NCBI GenBank assembly: GCA_002009975.1
Contig: MTLP01000012.1
Coordinates: 64,001 to 128,000 of the forward strand
Direction: 5' to 3'
Origin: Thermococcus sp. JdFR-02
GTDB taxonomy: Archaea; Methanobacteriota_B; Thermococci; Thermococcales; Thermococcaceae
DNA length: 64,000 bases
Position 1 is the stretch's first letter; each line of letters opens with the position of its first letter. The position numbers and the translations under genes were made by a program. Below are positions 18,716 through 28,413 of this stretch, piece by piece. The notes under the pieces are model-generated. The model saw only the letters and a list, made by a program, of their open reading frames with translations. It had not been told where the DNA came from and did not search any database.

Positions 18716-18771
18716 AAAGATGATGAGTTCAGCCTTATCTGAGGAGTGATGAGGGAGTGACGGACTGATTT
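18716..18771 (+). ncRNA. C/D box sRNA (sRNA2)
   Basis: C ATGATGA 18720-26, D' CTGA 18739-42, C' GTGATGA 18746-52, D CTGA 18765-68. Two 12-nt guides. Own TATA-like TTTTTAAA about 25-30 nt upstream. Confidence 0.93.
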
Positions 18772-18819
18772 GTTAATTTAAGAATAAACTTTAAATTTCT
18801 CTATACTTATTTTTTGCCG

Positions 18820-19686
18820 ATGAAGATGATAAGAGCTTATAAACCTATCATGGTCAGTATTTTGGGCAATATATCTCTGTCAATATTGAAAATAGGTATT
18901 GGATTAGCTTATTCTAGTTTAGCTTTGATCTCCGATGGTGTTCATTCTCTTTCAGATGTCATAACAAGTATAATAGGCTTCTTTGGGATTAAGATTTCCT
19001 CAAAGCCACCAGACAAGAGCCATCCCTTTGGACATTCAAGATTTGAGCCTCTCTTTGCCATTGCTATTGGATTTGCTCTTTTGTTGGTGGCTTATGAGAT
19101 AGCCAGAGACTCAATCGGCAGGATGCTATTTAAGGAGGTTATATCCGTTAATGCTCTAATGCTTGCCGTTACTTTATTGTCAATTATAGCCAAAGAGGGA
19201 ATGACCCAATATACTTTAAAAATTGGAAAGGAGTTAAATAACCAAATATTAATTGCTGATGCCTATCATCATAGAAGTGATGTTTTAAGTAGTGTGGCGG
19301 TTTTATTTGGCTTATTGGCACAGAGATTTGGTTTTGCATATGGGGACTCTTTAGCAGGTTTTGTGGTGGCTTTATTCATAGCTAAAGTTGCAATTGAAAT
19401 TGTAATTCAAAACGTTAACTATCTAACCGGTTCTTCACCTCCTTTTGAAGTTTGTGAAAAAATAAAGGAAGTCGCTTTAAGCGTTGAGGGTGTCAAGGGG
19501 GTTCATGATTTAAAAGCTCATTACACCGGTCCAAAAATCCATGTTGAGCTTCATATTGAGGTTTCTCCAAATTTAACGCTCAAAGAGGCTCACGATATAA
19601 GCGAGGAGGTTAAAGAAAAGATTGAGGGTTTGGAGGAAGTTGAGAGAGCTTTTATCCATGTGGATATAAAAGGTGTCACAAAATAA
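18820..19686 (+). CDS. Cation diffusion facilitator (FieF-like)
   Basis: ALISDGVHSLSD, HPFGHSRFE, ADAYHHRSD, C-terminal dimerisation domain (AHDISEEV, FIHVD). Confidence 0.93.
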   Translation: MKMIRAYKPIMVSILGNISLSILKIGIGLAYSSLALISDGVHSLSDVITSIIGFFGIKISSKPPDKSHPFGHSRFEPLFAIAIGFALLLVAYEIARDSIGRMLFKEVISVNALMLAVTLLSIIAKEGMTQYTLKIGKELNNQILIADAYHHRSDVLSSVAVLFGLLAQRFGFAYGDSLAGFVVALFIAKVAIEIVIQNVNYLTGSSPPFEVCEKIKEVALSVEGVKGVHDLKAHYTGPKIHVELHIEVSPNLTLKEAHDISEEVKEKIEGLEEVERAFIHVDIKGVTK

Positions 19687-20841
19687 TCAATGCTCACCTA
19701 AAATTTCTTTTAAGTCAATTAGAAAGTTCTCTAAATGCTCTTTCTTCACATGAGGCATCACGACAATTCTAATGTATCCTCTGTGTGCTGAAATTCCCCA
19801 ACCTCTCTTTTTAAGCTCTTTTTCAATCTTTTCTAACTCTTTAGTTCCAAAAGAAACAATATTAAGCATTGGTTCTCTGATAAGGTATGCTCCATCTAAA
19901 GTCTTTATCTGCTCTGCGAACCATCTTGAGAGTTCCATTGCTTCTTTGACAATCTTTTTATATCCTTCAAAGCCGAGATGCTTTAACAAAGCCCAAACTG
20001 CTATTGCATTTGCTCCAGGTCTTGTTCCTGTTATTGTTATGTGGGAAACTTTTCCTCCAGCTAAATAAGGTGCTGGAACACTAATTGAATCTACAAACTT
20101 CTTTTTCCTAAAAATTATCCCTCCAGCAGGAATAGGAGCCATGCCCATTTTATGTGGGTCAATTGTAATACTTTGCACACCTTTGAGCTTGAAATCGAAA
20201 TCTGGCAAATCATATCCTAAGACTTTTGCAAAGGGAATTACAAATCCCCCAAAAGCAGCATCAATGTGTAAGGGTATGCCATAATCTAAAGCCAAATCTG
20301 AAAGAGCTGGAATATCATCTACAACCCCTAATCCAGTCGTCCCGGCTATCCCAACTATCCCGATTGTGTTATCATTAATTTTACGCTCAACATCTTTCAC
20401 ATTTACGGAATAATCATCATTGAGTTCTGCCCACACCAATTTTACCCTTAATAAATCACTTGCTTTTAGAAAGGAGAAGTGGGCACTTTTTGGTAAAATC
20501 AACTCTGGTCTTTCAACATCGTTTATGTTTCTAAAAGCTCTTACAGCTAAGATATTTGCCTCACTTCCCCCAGAAACTATGCTCCCATAGGCTTTTTTTA
20601 AGTTCAAAAGCTCTCCAAGCATCTGAACGGCTTCTTTTTCGATTTCCCTACTTCCCTTATGTAAGCCAGGGTCTCCTAAATTCCTATCCATATATCTGCA
20701 GATTATTTTCTGAGCAAGAGAATGGGGGTAAGTGCACATTGAACCCAGAATTTTACCAGAATTGAAAGTTAAATCAACATTAAGTCTTTTTTCTAATTCA
20801 TTTAGGATTTCTTCTTCACTTGTGCCTTTTTTTGGTAGCAT
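19687..20841 (-). CDS. mfnA: PLP-dependent tyrosine/aspartate decarboxylase MfnA
   Basis: ILGSMCT, NLGDPGL, SGGSEAN, HIDAAFGGF, TIDPHK (PLP lysine), GTRPG. Confidence 0.92.
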   Translation of the reverse strand: MLPKKGTSEEEILNELEKRLNVDLTFNSGKILGSMCTYPHSLAQKIICRYMDRNLGDPGLHKGSREIEKEAVQMLGELLNLKKAYGSIVSGGSEANILAVRAFRNINDVERPELILPKSAHFSFLKASDLLRVKLVWAELNDDYSVNVKDVERKINDNTIGIVGIAGTTGLGVVDDIPALSDLALDYGIPLHIDAAFGGFVIPFAKVLGYDLPDFDFKLKGVQSITIDPHKMGMAPIPAGGIIFRKKKFVDSISVPAPYLAGGKVSHITITGTRPGANAIAVWALLKHLGFEGYKKIVKEAMELSRWFAEQIKTLDGAYLIREPMLNIVSFGTKELEKIEKELKKRGWGISAHRGYIRIVVMPHVKKEHLENFLIDLKEILGEH

Positions 20842-20881
20842 TTTCTCACCTGCATAAAATTGTGCATTAGACGTTTAAGCT

Positions 20882-22060
20882 TTACTCTCTCCTAATTCTC
20901 TCTAAGTAGAGTCTGAAAAATTGTGGAGTAGTTATTGCTGTAAGCATTGAGACAATAACAATGCTTGCAAACAATGTTTGGTCTATTAGTCCCTTTTCAA
21001 GTCCAAATTTCAAAATTGCAAACTCTAGGCTTCCCCTGCCTCCCATTCCAATTCCTACCAATGTCGCTTTTTTCCAGTCAAAACCAAAAAACTTCATTCC
21101 TAAACTGCAACCAAAGAGCTTTCCAAGAACTGCTGCAGCATATAATAGGGCTATTAGAATTAAGCTTATCTCATTAAAGCTTGGATTGAACAGTAAGCCT
21201 ATGTATATGAAAAAGAGGGGAATGAAAAATTCTGTTAGCACAACCTGTAAATCTTCAATGAGTTCGTTTAGCTTTATTCTGCTTAACACTAGAGGGTCTT
21301 TTCTTTCTCTTAAACGGCTTATTGTAAGTCCAGCTAAATAAGCACCAATTATTTGGTGTAATCCAACTTCTTCAGCTATTATTGCCAAGAAAAAGGTCAA
21401 TATCAATGTGAAGGTGAAGAATATGTTCAGGTTTCTCACTATTCCATAAAACCATTTTGAACGCTTGAATACATATTCAGAAATAAACAACACGCTTATT
21501 ATGAAAAGAACAATTTTAACTGTCAATATTGCCAGAGGGAGTGCACTTAATTGTCCCTTTGCGAGAGCGGTGATTATGCCAATTAAGTAAACTGCTATTA
21601 TGTCATCTGCGAAGGCCGCTCCCATCAATATTGAGGATATTGCTCTCTCCACTCTCTCTTTCATTATAACTCCACTTGTGACCTCTATTGCAGTATTTCC
21701 TAGAGTTACTCCGACAAATATCGCTGCTGCTAAGCCTTTCCCAAAAGCCATTACGGTCAAAAAGCCAAATAAAAATGAAAAGGCTACACCAAAAAAGGCA
21801 ACTACAGTTGCTTTTACTTTATTTGTAGCTATTGCGGAGAAACTGCTTGTCAATCCCATATAGAGCATCATCATTATTAATCCAAATTCTGAAAGCACTT
21901 TTAGTTGCTCAGAGGGTGTTATAAATCCTATTATAAAAGGTCCAAGAATTATTCCGGTTAAAATATGGGCTATTATTGGGTGGACATCCTTCTTTTCAAA
22001 AAGCCATTCTAAACTCTTTGCTGAGAAGAGTAGAATTGAGAGATCTAGGATATATTTCAC
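20882..22060 (-). CDS. Cation:proton antiporter (CPA2/NapA-like)
   Basis: About 12 TM, GIILGP, GAAFADDI, IGAYLAGL, PLFFIYIG, GMGGRG. Confidence 0.9.
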   Translation of the reverse strand: MKYILDLSILLFSAKSLEWLFEKKDVHPIIAHILTGIILGPFIIGFITPSEQLKVLSEFGLIMMMLYMGLTSSFSAIATNKVKATVVAFFGVAFSFLFGFLTVMAFGKGLAAAIFVGVTLGNTAIEVTSGVIMKERVERAISSILMGAAFADDIIAVYLIGIITALAKGQLSALPLAILTVKIVLFIISVLFISEYVFKRSKWFYGIVRNLNIFFTFTLILTFFLAIIAEEVGLHQIIGAYLAGLTISRLRERKDPLVLSRIKLNELIEDLQVVLTEFFIPLFFIYIGLLFNPSFNEISLILIALLYAAAVLGKLFGCSLGMKFFGFDWKKATLVGIGMGGRGSLEFAILKFGLEKGLIDQTLFASIVIVSMLTAITTPQFFRLYLERIRRE

Positions 22061-22061
22061 G

Positions 22062-22310
22062 CTACACCCTCCTATTTAACAAAGCCATGAAAATCCAGAG
22101 GAGCATTAAGATTATTGCTAGGATCATTGCCAGAGTTGCGCCCCTCTGAGTTCCAAAGACTATTGGGATAGGACCTATCATTATTACTCCTCCGCTTTCG
22201 ACATCTGTCCCTTCACTCGAAACAGCACTTAGCATTGTTCCTAAGAACACGAGAAAGAATCCTATGAAAATTAATATGATCCCAGTAAAGATTAATATCT
22301 CCCCTCTCAT
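22062..22310 (-). CDS. Small archaeal membrane protein (DUF131/TIGR00304-like)
   Basis: GGVIMIGPIPIVFG motif between TM helices. Confidence 0.85.
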   Translation of the reverse strand: MRGEILIFTGIILIFIGFFLVFLGTMLSAVSSEGTDVESGGVIMIGPIPIVFGTQRGATLAMILAIILMLLWIFMALLNRRV

Positions 22311-22411
22311 ACTTATCCCGTTTTAAAGTTTAAAGTATAAATCTTTTAAGCTTTTAGCCATTTTGAGCGAAGGATTAATTAAGCCTTCTTACCAAGAAGT
22401 TTGGGAGTAAA

Positions 22412-23104
22412 ATGTTGGTGTTAGTGGATTTGGATGACACACTGTGCAATACATGGGATGCAGGAAAGTATACCATAGTCCGCTTTTTACCTCACTTATT
22501 AAAAAAGCGAAAGTTTAAAGCTTTATTTTATATCCTAACAGCCAGATACAGGGAATTGGAACAATCAAGAGAGTTTTTAGTTTTAGACCTTGATAAGCTC
22601 TTGCAAAGAATCATGGAGAGAATTTACAAAGAAATTAAAAAGGAAGATTTGGAAGAGATGCTCAATCTGGTTGACAGAACATTTTTCTCCAATCTAAGGC
22701 TCTTTCCTGATGCAAAGCTCTTTTTAGAGGGATTAAAAAAAGAAGGAGCTAAAATAGTTTTAATTACTGATTCCTCATCGTATTGGCAGAGAAAAAAGCT
22801 TGAGGTTTTAGACATTAAGGACTATTTCGATGCTTTGATAATAAGTGGAGAGACAGGTCACAGCAAGCTTGAACCTTACAATTTTTTCCTTGCGAGAAGA
22901 TTATTCCCAAGGGAAGAGGAAATCTATATGGTTGGGGATAGGGATGACACTGACATGAAAGGTGGAAAAGCAATAGGCGCAACGACCATTTTAGTTAAAA
23001 GAGGCTATTTCAGGACGAGAAAGCCTAGGTATGCTGATTATGTTGTTAGAAACCTCAAAGAAGCTTTGGAGGTGATTAAGAGTGAGCATAAAAAGCGAGC
23101 TTAA
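22412..23104 (+). CDS. HAD-superfamily hydrolase
   Basis: DLDDTL motif I, LITD, MVGDRDDTDMKG. Confidence 0.92.
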   Translation: MLVLVDLDDTLCNTWDAGKYTIVRFLPHLLKKRKFKALFYILTARYRELEQSREFLVLDLDKLLQRIMERIYKEIKKEDLEEMLNLVDRTFFSNLRLFPDAKLFLEGLKKEGAKIVLITDSSSYWQRKKLEVLDIKDYFDALIISGETGHSKLEPYNFFLARRLFPREEEIYMVGDRDDTDMKGGKAIGATTILVKRGYFRTRKPRYADYVVRNLKEALEVIKSEHKKRA

Positions 23105-23684
23105 AAGAAAAGCATTGCATTTAACTGGATTGTCTGTTCCGGTGATTTATCTCCTTTTTGATAGAAGAGTAACCTTGATTTTTGTATCTCTGGCTTTGAT
23201 AATTTTTATTATTCTCGAACCTTTCAGGATAGTCGAGGAACTTAGGGAGAAAATAAAAGCAAAATTGGGGATTTATGGTGAGCATATTGAAAGAATTGAG
23301 AGGGAGATAGTGAGAGAGCATGAGAGATACACGATTGGTGCTCATATTTATTTTACCGTTGCGGCTCTTTTGATAATCTGGTTTTTTCCAAAGGACATTG
23401 CAATAGGGTCAATAGCTGTTGCAACCCTTGGAGATGCAATTGCCGCTATAGTAGGTAAACCCTTTGGAAGGCATCGCTTTAGCAATGGAAAAAGTTTGGA
23501 AGGAAGTTTGTCTTACTTCATAATAGCCATCCTTATATTAATGCCTTTGATAGATTTGCCCCACGCAATAATTGGGGCATTGGCTGGAACATTAGCAGAA
23601 TTCTATGAATTACCGCCGGATGATAACTTTTCAAACCAGATAGCTGTGGCAATAACGCTCTATGTCTTTAGAATATTAAGCTAA
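23082..23684 (+). CDS. Polyprenol/dolichol (phytol) kinase-like membrane protein
   Basis: RKALH, LGDAIAAIVGKPFG, KSLEGS, DDNF motifs. Confidence 0.88.
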   Translation: MSIKSELKRKALHLTGLSVPVIYLLFDRRVTLIFVSLALIIFIILEPFRIVEELREKIKAKLGIYGEHIERIEREIVREHERYTIGAHIYFTVAALLIIWFFPKDIAIGSIAVATLGDAIAAIVGKPFGRHRFSNGKSLEGSLSYFIIAILILMPLIDLPHAIIGALAGTLAEFYELPPDDNFSNQIAVAITLYVFRILS

Positions 23685-23701
23685 AGGAAAGAAAAGAAAA
23701 G

Positions 23702-26314
23702 TCAGCTAATTTCGACTTCGGCAAATACGGTTATTGTATCCTCATCTGTCCATTCTTGTCCTACATCGACGTCATGTATGCTTGGATTGTCTGGTAATGT
23801 CTCAACTGCTGAATCACCAGCACTTGCACCTGTTATCCATGCTACAATTGCAATCTTGCTTGGCTTTCCTCCCAGCATATCCCATGGAACTGCGATTTCT
23901 AAAGTTTGAAGTCCTTTTTCTTTTCCTGTCCATGTTGCAAAGCCTATATCTGCCAAGTTGTAGTACTCCCAACCTTCTCCGTTCCATACTGTTAGTTGCA
24001 TTGTTTCAATTGAATCGGTTCCTTTCTCACCAAAGAACTCTCCGAACCACCAGAAGTAAAGCTCATAGTCAATTCCTCTTGAGAAGCTTAATCTTCTTCC
24101 CCATGCATCAGCTCCAGTAGTATAGCCACCTTCTTTTGTATCTAAGGCGATTCCATAGGCAATTCTCCATGATGCCTTGTTTTCTGTCGTTAGAGCTATA
24201 TAAAGGAAGCTATCATCGTAGTCAACATATAAGGCTTTTAAGTTGGCTCCATCTTGTCCAAAGCCGGTTGTGTCTTCATAAACTAAAGTTTCTGGACTCC
24301 AATCGCTTAAATCTCCATCAATGGCTTTTGTTAATTTGGTTGCTAAGAGCTCTCCCTCAACGGCTTGCATGAATGCATTTATTTCTCTTTGAAGTCTTAT
24401 TAAGCTTGAATATGCTGAGAATATTTTCGTGGCTCCACTGAATTGTGAGTGTGCTTCACCTATTAAAGCTTCTCCTTTGCCAAACTTTTCTTTACTTAAA
24501 TTCAATTGTTCATAGAACCTTGTCAGGTTCTCTTGATACTTCAATGGTAGTTTAGCTTCAGAGATGCTCTTTAAGAGTGCTAATGTCTCTGCGTATTTCT
24601 TTTCATAAAGCTTTGGCCATACATAGGTGGCTAAATTAACGAAGTTTCTCTGTGCAATCTCTATCTTTCCAACTTCAACAGTTACAGTTGCTACATTGTT
24701 ATCTTCATTTGCTTCTTCGATTAAATTATCTGGATCCACAATTGCTTTGAATTCATAAGTTCCTGTGGCTGATGGTTTCCATTCATACGTAAGTACTTCG
24801 CTTCCTTTAGCTGTTACATTTACTGTCCAGGTTTTTATAATCTCATCATTTACTAGAAGTTGAACATCAACATTTTTTGCATCTATAATTCCATAGTTTT
24901 CTACAGTGATTGTCAGGTTGGTGGTTTCATACCTCTCAATTTCAAGTTTTGAAGCTTCTAACTTTACTGCAAGCTCTGGTTTGGGTATTGGGATTGAAAG
25001 GACAGCAAAATTGCTTAGATAGTCCTGATCAACCCAGTCATTTCCATCGATATCAGCATCTGCTGGGGTCACATCTACAGCTGAACTTCCATCTCCACCA
25101 GCAACCCATGCCATAATAGCCATTTCTGACGCCTTTCCTCCTAATGCATCCCATGGAATTCTAATTTCTAAGGTTTGAAGTCCATTATTGCCGCCAGTGT
25201 AGGCATATTCAAAACTTGCAAAATTATAATCCCAGCTTTCCCAATAATTATTTCCGATGTATCCATTGTACCTATTGAAGTTAGCTGAAGTTATAGCCTT
25301 ACTTCCTCCACTCCACCAGAAGTAGACCTCATAATCAACGCCTCTTGAAAAGCCTATTTTTCTTCCCCAAGAATCCTGATTTCCAGTATAACCACCATCT
25401 GTTACATCTATACCAATTCCATATGCTACATCCCAACTTTGTGTGTTGTTTGTTTCTAGGGCTATGTACAAATATTGATCGTCATAAGAAACATAGAGCT
25501 TATCCAAATCTGCACCTGCTTGTATAGACAAATTGCTTACTCCAACGACTTCATAGCTTGCCCAATCACTTAAGTTCCCATCAATGGTTTTTGGAGCGAT
25601 TATTATCTCAGCCAAGTTACTAAATGTATCATCGTCATTCCATTCTCCTGAACCATATCTCTCATTTACAACTTCATGCAAAGTTTGATCTTCGGGGAGT
25701 GAATCAACTGCAGAACTGTCATCTCCTCCAGCTATCCATGAGATTAAAGCTATTTTGTTGGGTTTGCCACCTAAAGCGGACCAAGGTATCTTAATCTCTA
25801 GTATTTGCAGACCATTTGAGGTGTCTCCGGTATAAGAAAATGATGCTCCAACATCCCCAAGGGATTTATAGTCCCATCCACTACCAGTCCATGCTATAAA
25901 GTTGTCTGCTGTTATTCCGCTTCCTCCATCCCACCAGAAGTAGACCTCATAGTCTGGATAATAGCCATTGAATGCAATGTGTCTTCCCCATGCATCGGTG
26001 GTTCCATCATACCCATTGGTCGTTCCAGGGTCAACATCAATTGCAAAACCATAAGCCAAGTTCCAGCTTTGTGTATTATCGGTTTTTATGGCAATGTAAA
26101 GATATTCATCATCCCAAGCAACATATAAATCTTTTAAATCTGCTCCGGGACCCCCACCAGGATAATCATTTGTGGCAATCAAATCGAGGGTTCCCCATTC
26201 GTTTAAGTTACCATCTGCAAACTTTGTTCCATATAGCCCCAATGTAAAATTCGTAGGTATTAGGCTCACTAAAAACACAAACAGTAATATACAAGTCTTT
26301 ACATTTCCTCTCAT
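23702..26314 (-). CDS. Secreted protein with three DOMON-like/CBM9-like repeats and a CARDB domain
   Basis: Signal peptide. Three copies of DG.L..W...L..LYV..DD..LYIA....W..AYG...D.WGR...DYE.YFWW...GLQ.LEI..PW..LGGK...SAV. CARDB signature VDPDNLIEEANEDNN. Confidence 0.8.
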   Translation of the reverse strand: MRGNVKTCILLFVFLVSLIPTNFTLGLYGTKFADGNLNEWGTLDLIATNDYPGGGPGADLKDLYVAWDDEYLYIAIKTDNTQSWNLAYGFAIDVDPGTTNGYDGTTDAWGRHIAFNGYYPDYEVYFWWDGGSGITADNFIAWTGSGWDYKSLGDVGASFSYTGDTSNGLQILEIKIPWSALGGKPNKIALISWIAGGDDSSAVDSLPEDQTLHEVVNERYGSGEWNDDDTFSNLAEIIIAPKTIDGNLSDWASYEVVGVSNLSIQAGADLDKLYVSYDDQYLYIALETNNTQSWDVAYGIGIDVTDGGYTGNQDSWGRKIGFSRGVDYEVYFWWSGGSKAITSANFNRYNGYIGNNYWESWDYNFASFEYAYTGGNNGLQTLEIRIPWDALGGKASEMAIMAWVAGGDGSSAVDVTPADADIDGNDWVDQDYLSNFAVLSIPIPKPELAVKLEASKLEIERYETTNLTITVENYGIIDAKNVDVQLLVNDEIIKTWTVNVTAKGSEVLTYEWKPSATGTYEFKAIVDPDNLIEEANEDNNVATVTVEVGKIEIAQRNFVNLATYVWPKLYEKKYAETLALLKSISEAKLPLKYQENLTRFYEQLNLSKEKFGKGEALIGEAHSQFSGATKIFSAYSSLIRLQREINAFMQAVEGELLATKLTKAIDGDLSDWSPETLVYEDTTGFGQDGANLKALYVDYDDSFLYIALTTENKASWRIAYGIALDTKEGGYTTGADAWGRRLSFSRGIDYELYFWWFGEFFGEKGTDSIETMQLTVWNGEGWEYYNLADIGFATWTGKEKGLQTLEIAVPWDMLGGKPSKIAIVAWITGASAGDSAVETLPDNPSIHDVDVGQEWTDEDTITVFAEVEIS

Positions 26315-26318
26315 GTGT

Positions 26319-26335
26319 AATCACCTCGGGTGATA
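26319..26335. promoter_or_regulatory. Near-consensus Thermococcales glycolytic motif (TGM) overlapping the RBS of the DOMON-repeat gene
   Basis: AATCAC-CTCGG-GTGATA versus consensus TATCAC-N5-GTGATA (1 mismatch). Confidence 0.65.
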
Positions 26336-26388
26336 ATTGCTCACCCTTGTTGATATATAGGCATAAAATATTTATATATCTTTTTAAA

Positions 26389-26405
26389 TATCACTGTTAG
26401 TGATA
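26389..26405. promoter_or_regulatory. Perfect TGM (Tgr/TrmBL1 site) directly downstream of the TATA box of the glucanotransferase
   Basis: TATCAC-TGTTA-GTGATA, preceded by TTTTTAAA at 26381-26388. Confidence 0.9.
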
Positions 26406-26426
26406 ATTTTAAATGGAGGTGCAGGA

Positions 26427-28409
26427 ATGGGAAAAATCAATTTCATCTTTGGCATCCATAATCATCAGCCGCTTGGAAACTTCGGTTGGGTCTTTGAAGA
26501 TGCCTATAATAACTCCTACAGACCATTCATGGAGATCCTTGAAGAGTTTCCTCAAATGAAAATGGCTGTTCACTTTAGCGGACCGCTTTTAGAATGGTTA
26601 GAAGAGAACAAACCTGACTATATTGATTTGCTTAAACGTTTGATTAAAAAAGGGCAGTTGGAGATTGTGGTTGCTGGCTTTTATGAGCCAGTTCTGGCAG
26701 CTATTCCTAAAGAAGATAGGCTTTTGCAGATTAAACTCCTTAAAGATTATGCTAAGAAGCTCGGATATGATGCAAAAGGCGTTTGGTTGACGGAAAGGGT
26801 TTGGCAGCCTGAATTAGTTAAAAGTTTAAGGCAAGCTGGTATAGAATATGTCGTCGTTGATGATTACCATTTCATGTCCGCTGGTTTAAGAAAGGAAGAC
26901 TTGTATTGGCCCTATTACACGGAGGATGGAGGGGAGGTAATAGCCGTTTTCCCAATTGATGAGAAGCTTAGATATTTAATCCCATTTAGACCTGTTGAAA
27001 AAACCATAAAATATCTTGAAAGTTTAATCGATAATGATCCTTCAAAATTAGCGGTTTTCCATGATGATGGAGAAAAATTTGGTGTTTGGCCCGGAACACA
27101 TGATTGGGTCTATAATAAGGGTTGGCTTAGGAAGTTTTTTGATGCAATAACGAGCAACGAGAAGATCAACTTAATGACTTATAGTGAATATCTCTCCCTT
27201 TATTCACCTAAGGGTTTGATTTATCTTCCAATTGCTTCCTATTTTGAAATGAGTGAATGGTCTCTCCCTGCTAATCAAGCAAAGCTCTTTGTTGAGTTTG
27301 TTGAGCAATTGAAAAAGGAAGGGAAGTTTGAGAAGTATAGGGTTTTTGTTAGGGGAGGAATCTGGAAGAACTTCTTCTACAAATATCCAGAATCAAACTT
27401 CATGCACAAGAGGATGCTCTATGTTAGCAAATTAGTTAGGAATATCGAAGAAGCACGCCTTTATATTTTAAAAGCCCAATGTAATGATGCTTACTGGCAT
27501 GGTGTCTTTGGCGGTGTTTACTTACCTCATTTGAGGAGAACAGTCTGGGAGAATTTGATAAAAGCCCAAAGCTTTGTTTCAAAGAATGGAGTTAAAATCT
27601 TTGACGTTGACTATGATGGAAGAAAAGAGATAATGATAGAAAATTCAGGATTTATAGCCACAATCAAGCCTCATTACGGTGGGAGCATCTTTGAGCTAAG
27701 CTCAAAGCACAAATTTGTCAATTATAACGATGTGTTGGCTAGAAGATGGGAGCATTATCATGAAGTCCAAGAAGCTGCAACTCCCGAAGAGGAGAGCAAT
27801 GAAGGTGTTGCAAGTATTCATGAGCTTGGAAAAAACATTCCAGAAGAAATAAAGCGTGAATTGGCATATGATTGGCAGTTAAGGGCTATTTTGCAGGATC
27901 ATTTCATTAAAGAAAGTGAAACTTTAGATAATTACCGCTTAGTTAGGTATCAAGAGCTTGGGGATTTCGTTAATCAGCCTTATGAGTTTGAGATTGATGG
28001 GAGAAGAATTAAGCTCTGGCGTGAAGGAGGAATTTATACTGAAGAAAAAATTCCAGCTAAGGTCGAAAAGACTATTGAGCTAACTCAAGATGGCTTTGTT
28101 GCAAAGTATAAAGTAAGCTTAGAAAAGCCGTATAAATCTCTCTTTGGCGTTGAGATAAATTTAGCGGTTCATAGCGTAATGGAAAGTCCAGGGGAGTTTG
28201 AAGCTGATAGAATTGAAGTTAATGACACATATGGAATTGGCAAAGTGGTTATAGAGACGAGCAGGAAGGTTAAGGTTTGGAAATTCCCAATTAAAACTCT
28301 CTCTCAATCAGAGAGTGGATGGGACTTCATACAGCAAGGGGTCAGCTATACTCTGCTTTTCCCAATTGAAAAGGAGCTTGAGTTTGAGATAAGGTTTAAG
28401 GAGATTTGA
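26427..28409 (+). CDS. GH57 4-alpha-glucanotransferase
   Basis: FGIHNHQPLGNF, GFYEPVL, WLTERVWQP (catalytic E), FHDDGEKFGVWP (catalytic D), AQCNDAYWHG. ATG after GGAGGTG. Confidence 0.95.
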   Translation: MGKINFIFGIHNHQPLGNFGWVFEDAYNNSYRPFMEILEEFPQMKMAVHFSGPLLEWLEENKPDYIDLLKRLIKKGQLEIVVAGFYEPVLAAIPKEDRLLQIKLLKDYAKKLGYDAKGVWLTERVWQPELVKSLRQAGIEYVVVDDYHFMSAGLRKEDLYWPYYTEDGGEVIAVFPIDEKLRYLIPFRPVEKTIKYLESLIDNDPSKLAVFHDDGEKFGVWPGTHDWVYNKGWLRKFFDAITSNEKINLMTYSEYLSLYSPKGLIYLPIASYFEMSEWSLPANQAKLFVEFVEQLKKEGKFEKYRVFVRGGIWKNFFYKYPESNFMHKRMLYVSKLVRNIEEARLYILKAQCNDAYWHGVFGGVYLPHLRRTVWENLIKAQSFVSKNGVKIFDVDYDGRKEIMIENSGFIATIKPHYGGSIFELSSKHKFVNYNDVLARRWEHYHEVQEAATPEEESNEGVASIHELGKNIPEEIKRELAYDWQLRAILQDHFIKESETLDNYRLVRYQELGDFVNQPYEFEIDGRRIKLWREGGIYTEEKIPAKVEKTIELTQDGFVAKYKVSLEKPYKSLFGVEINLAVHSVMESPGEFEADRIEVNDTYGIGKVVIETSRKVKVWKFPIKTLSQSESGWDFIQQGVSYTLLFPIEKELEFEIRFKEI

Positions 28410-28413
28410 TTTT

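Noticed and set aside
15721-19687. Convergent gene overlaps or zero-gap junctions (15721-15744, 19686/19687; also 52286-52289, 56118-56135) as antisense regulation
   Set aside because: These are common in compact Thermococcales genomes and there is no further evidence.
26400-26426. GTG start at 26400 for the glucanotransferase
   Set aside because: It lies inside the TGM operator. ATG 26427 has a GGAGGTG RBS and gives the family-typical N-terminus.
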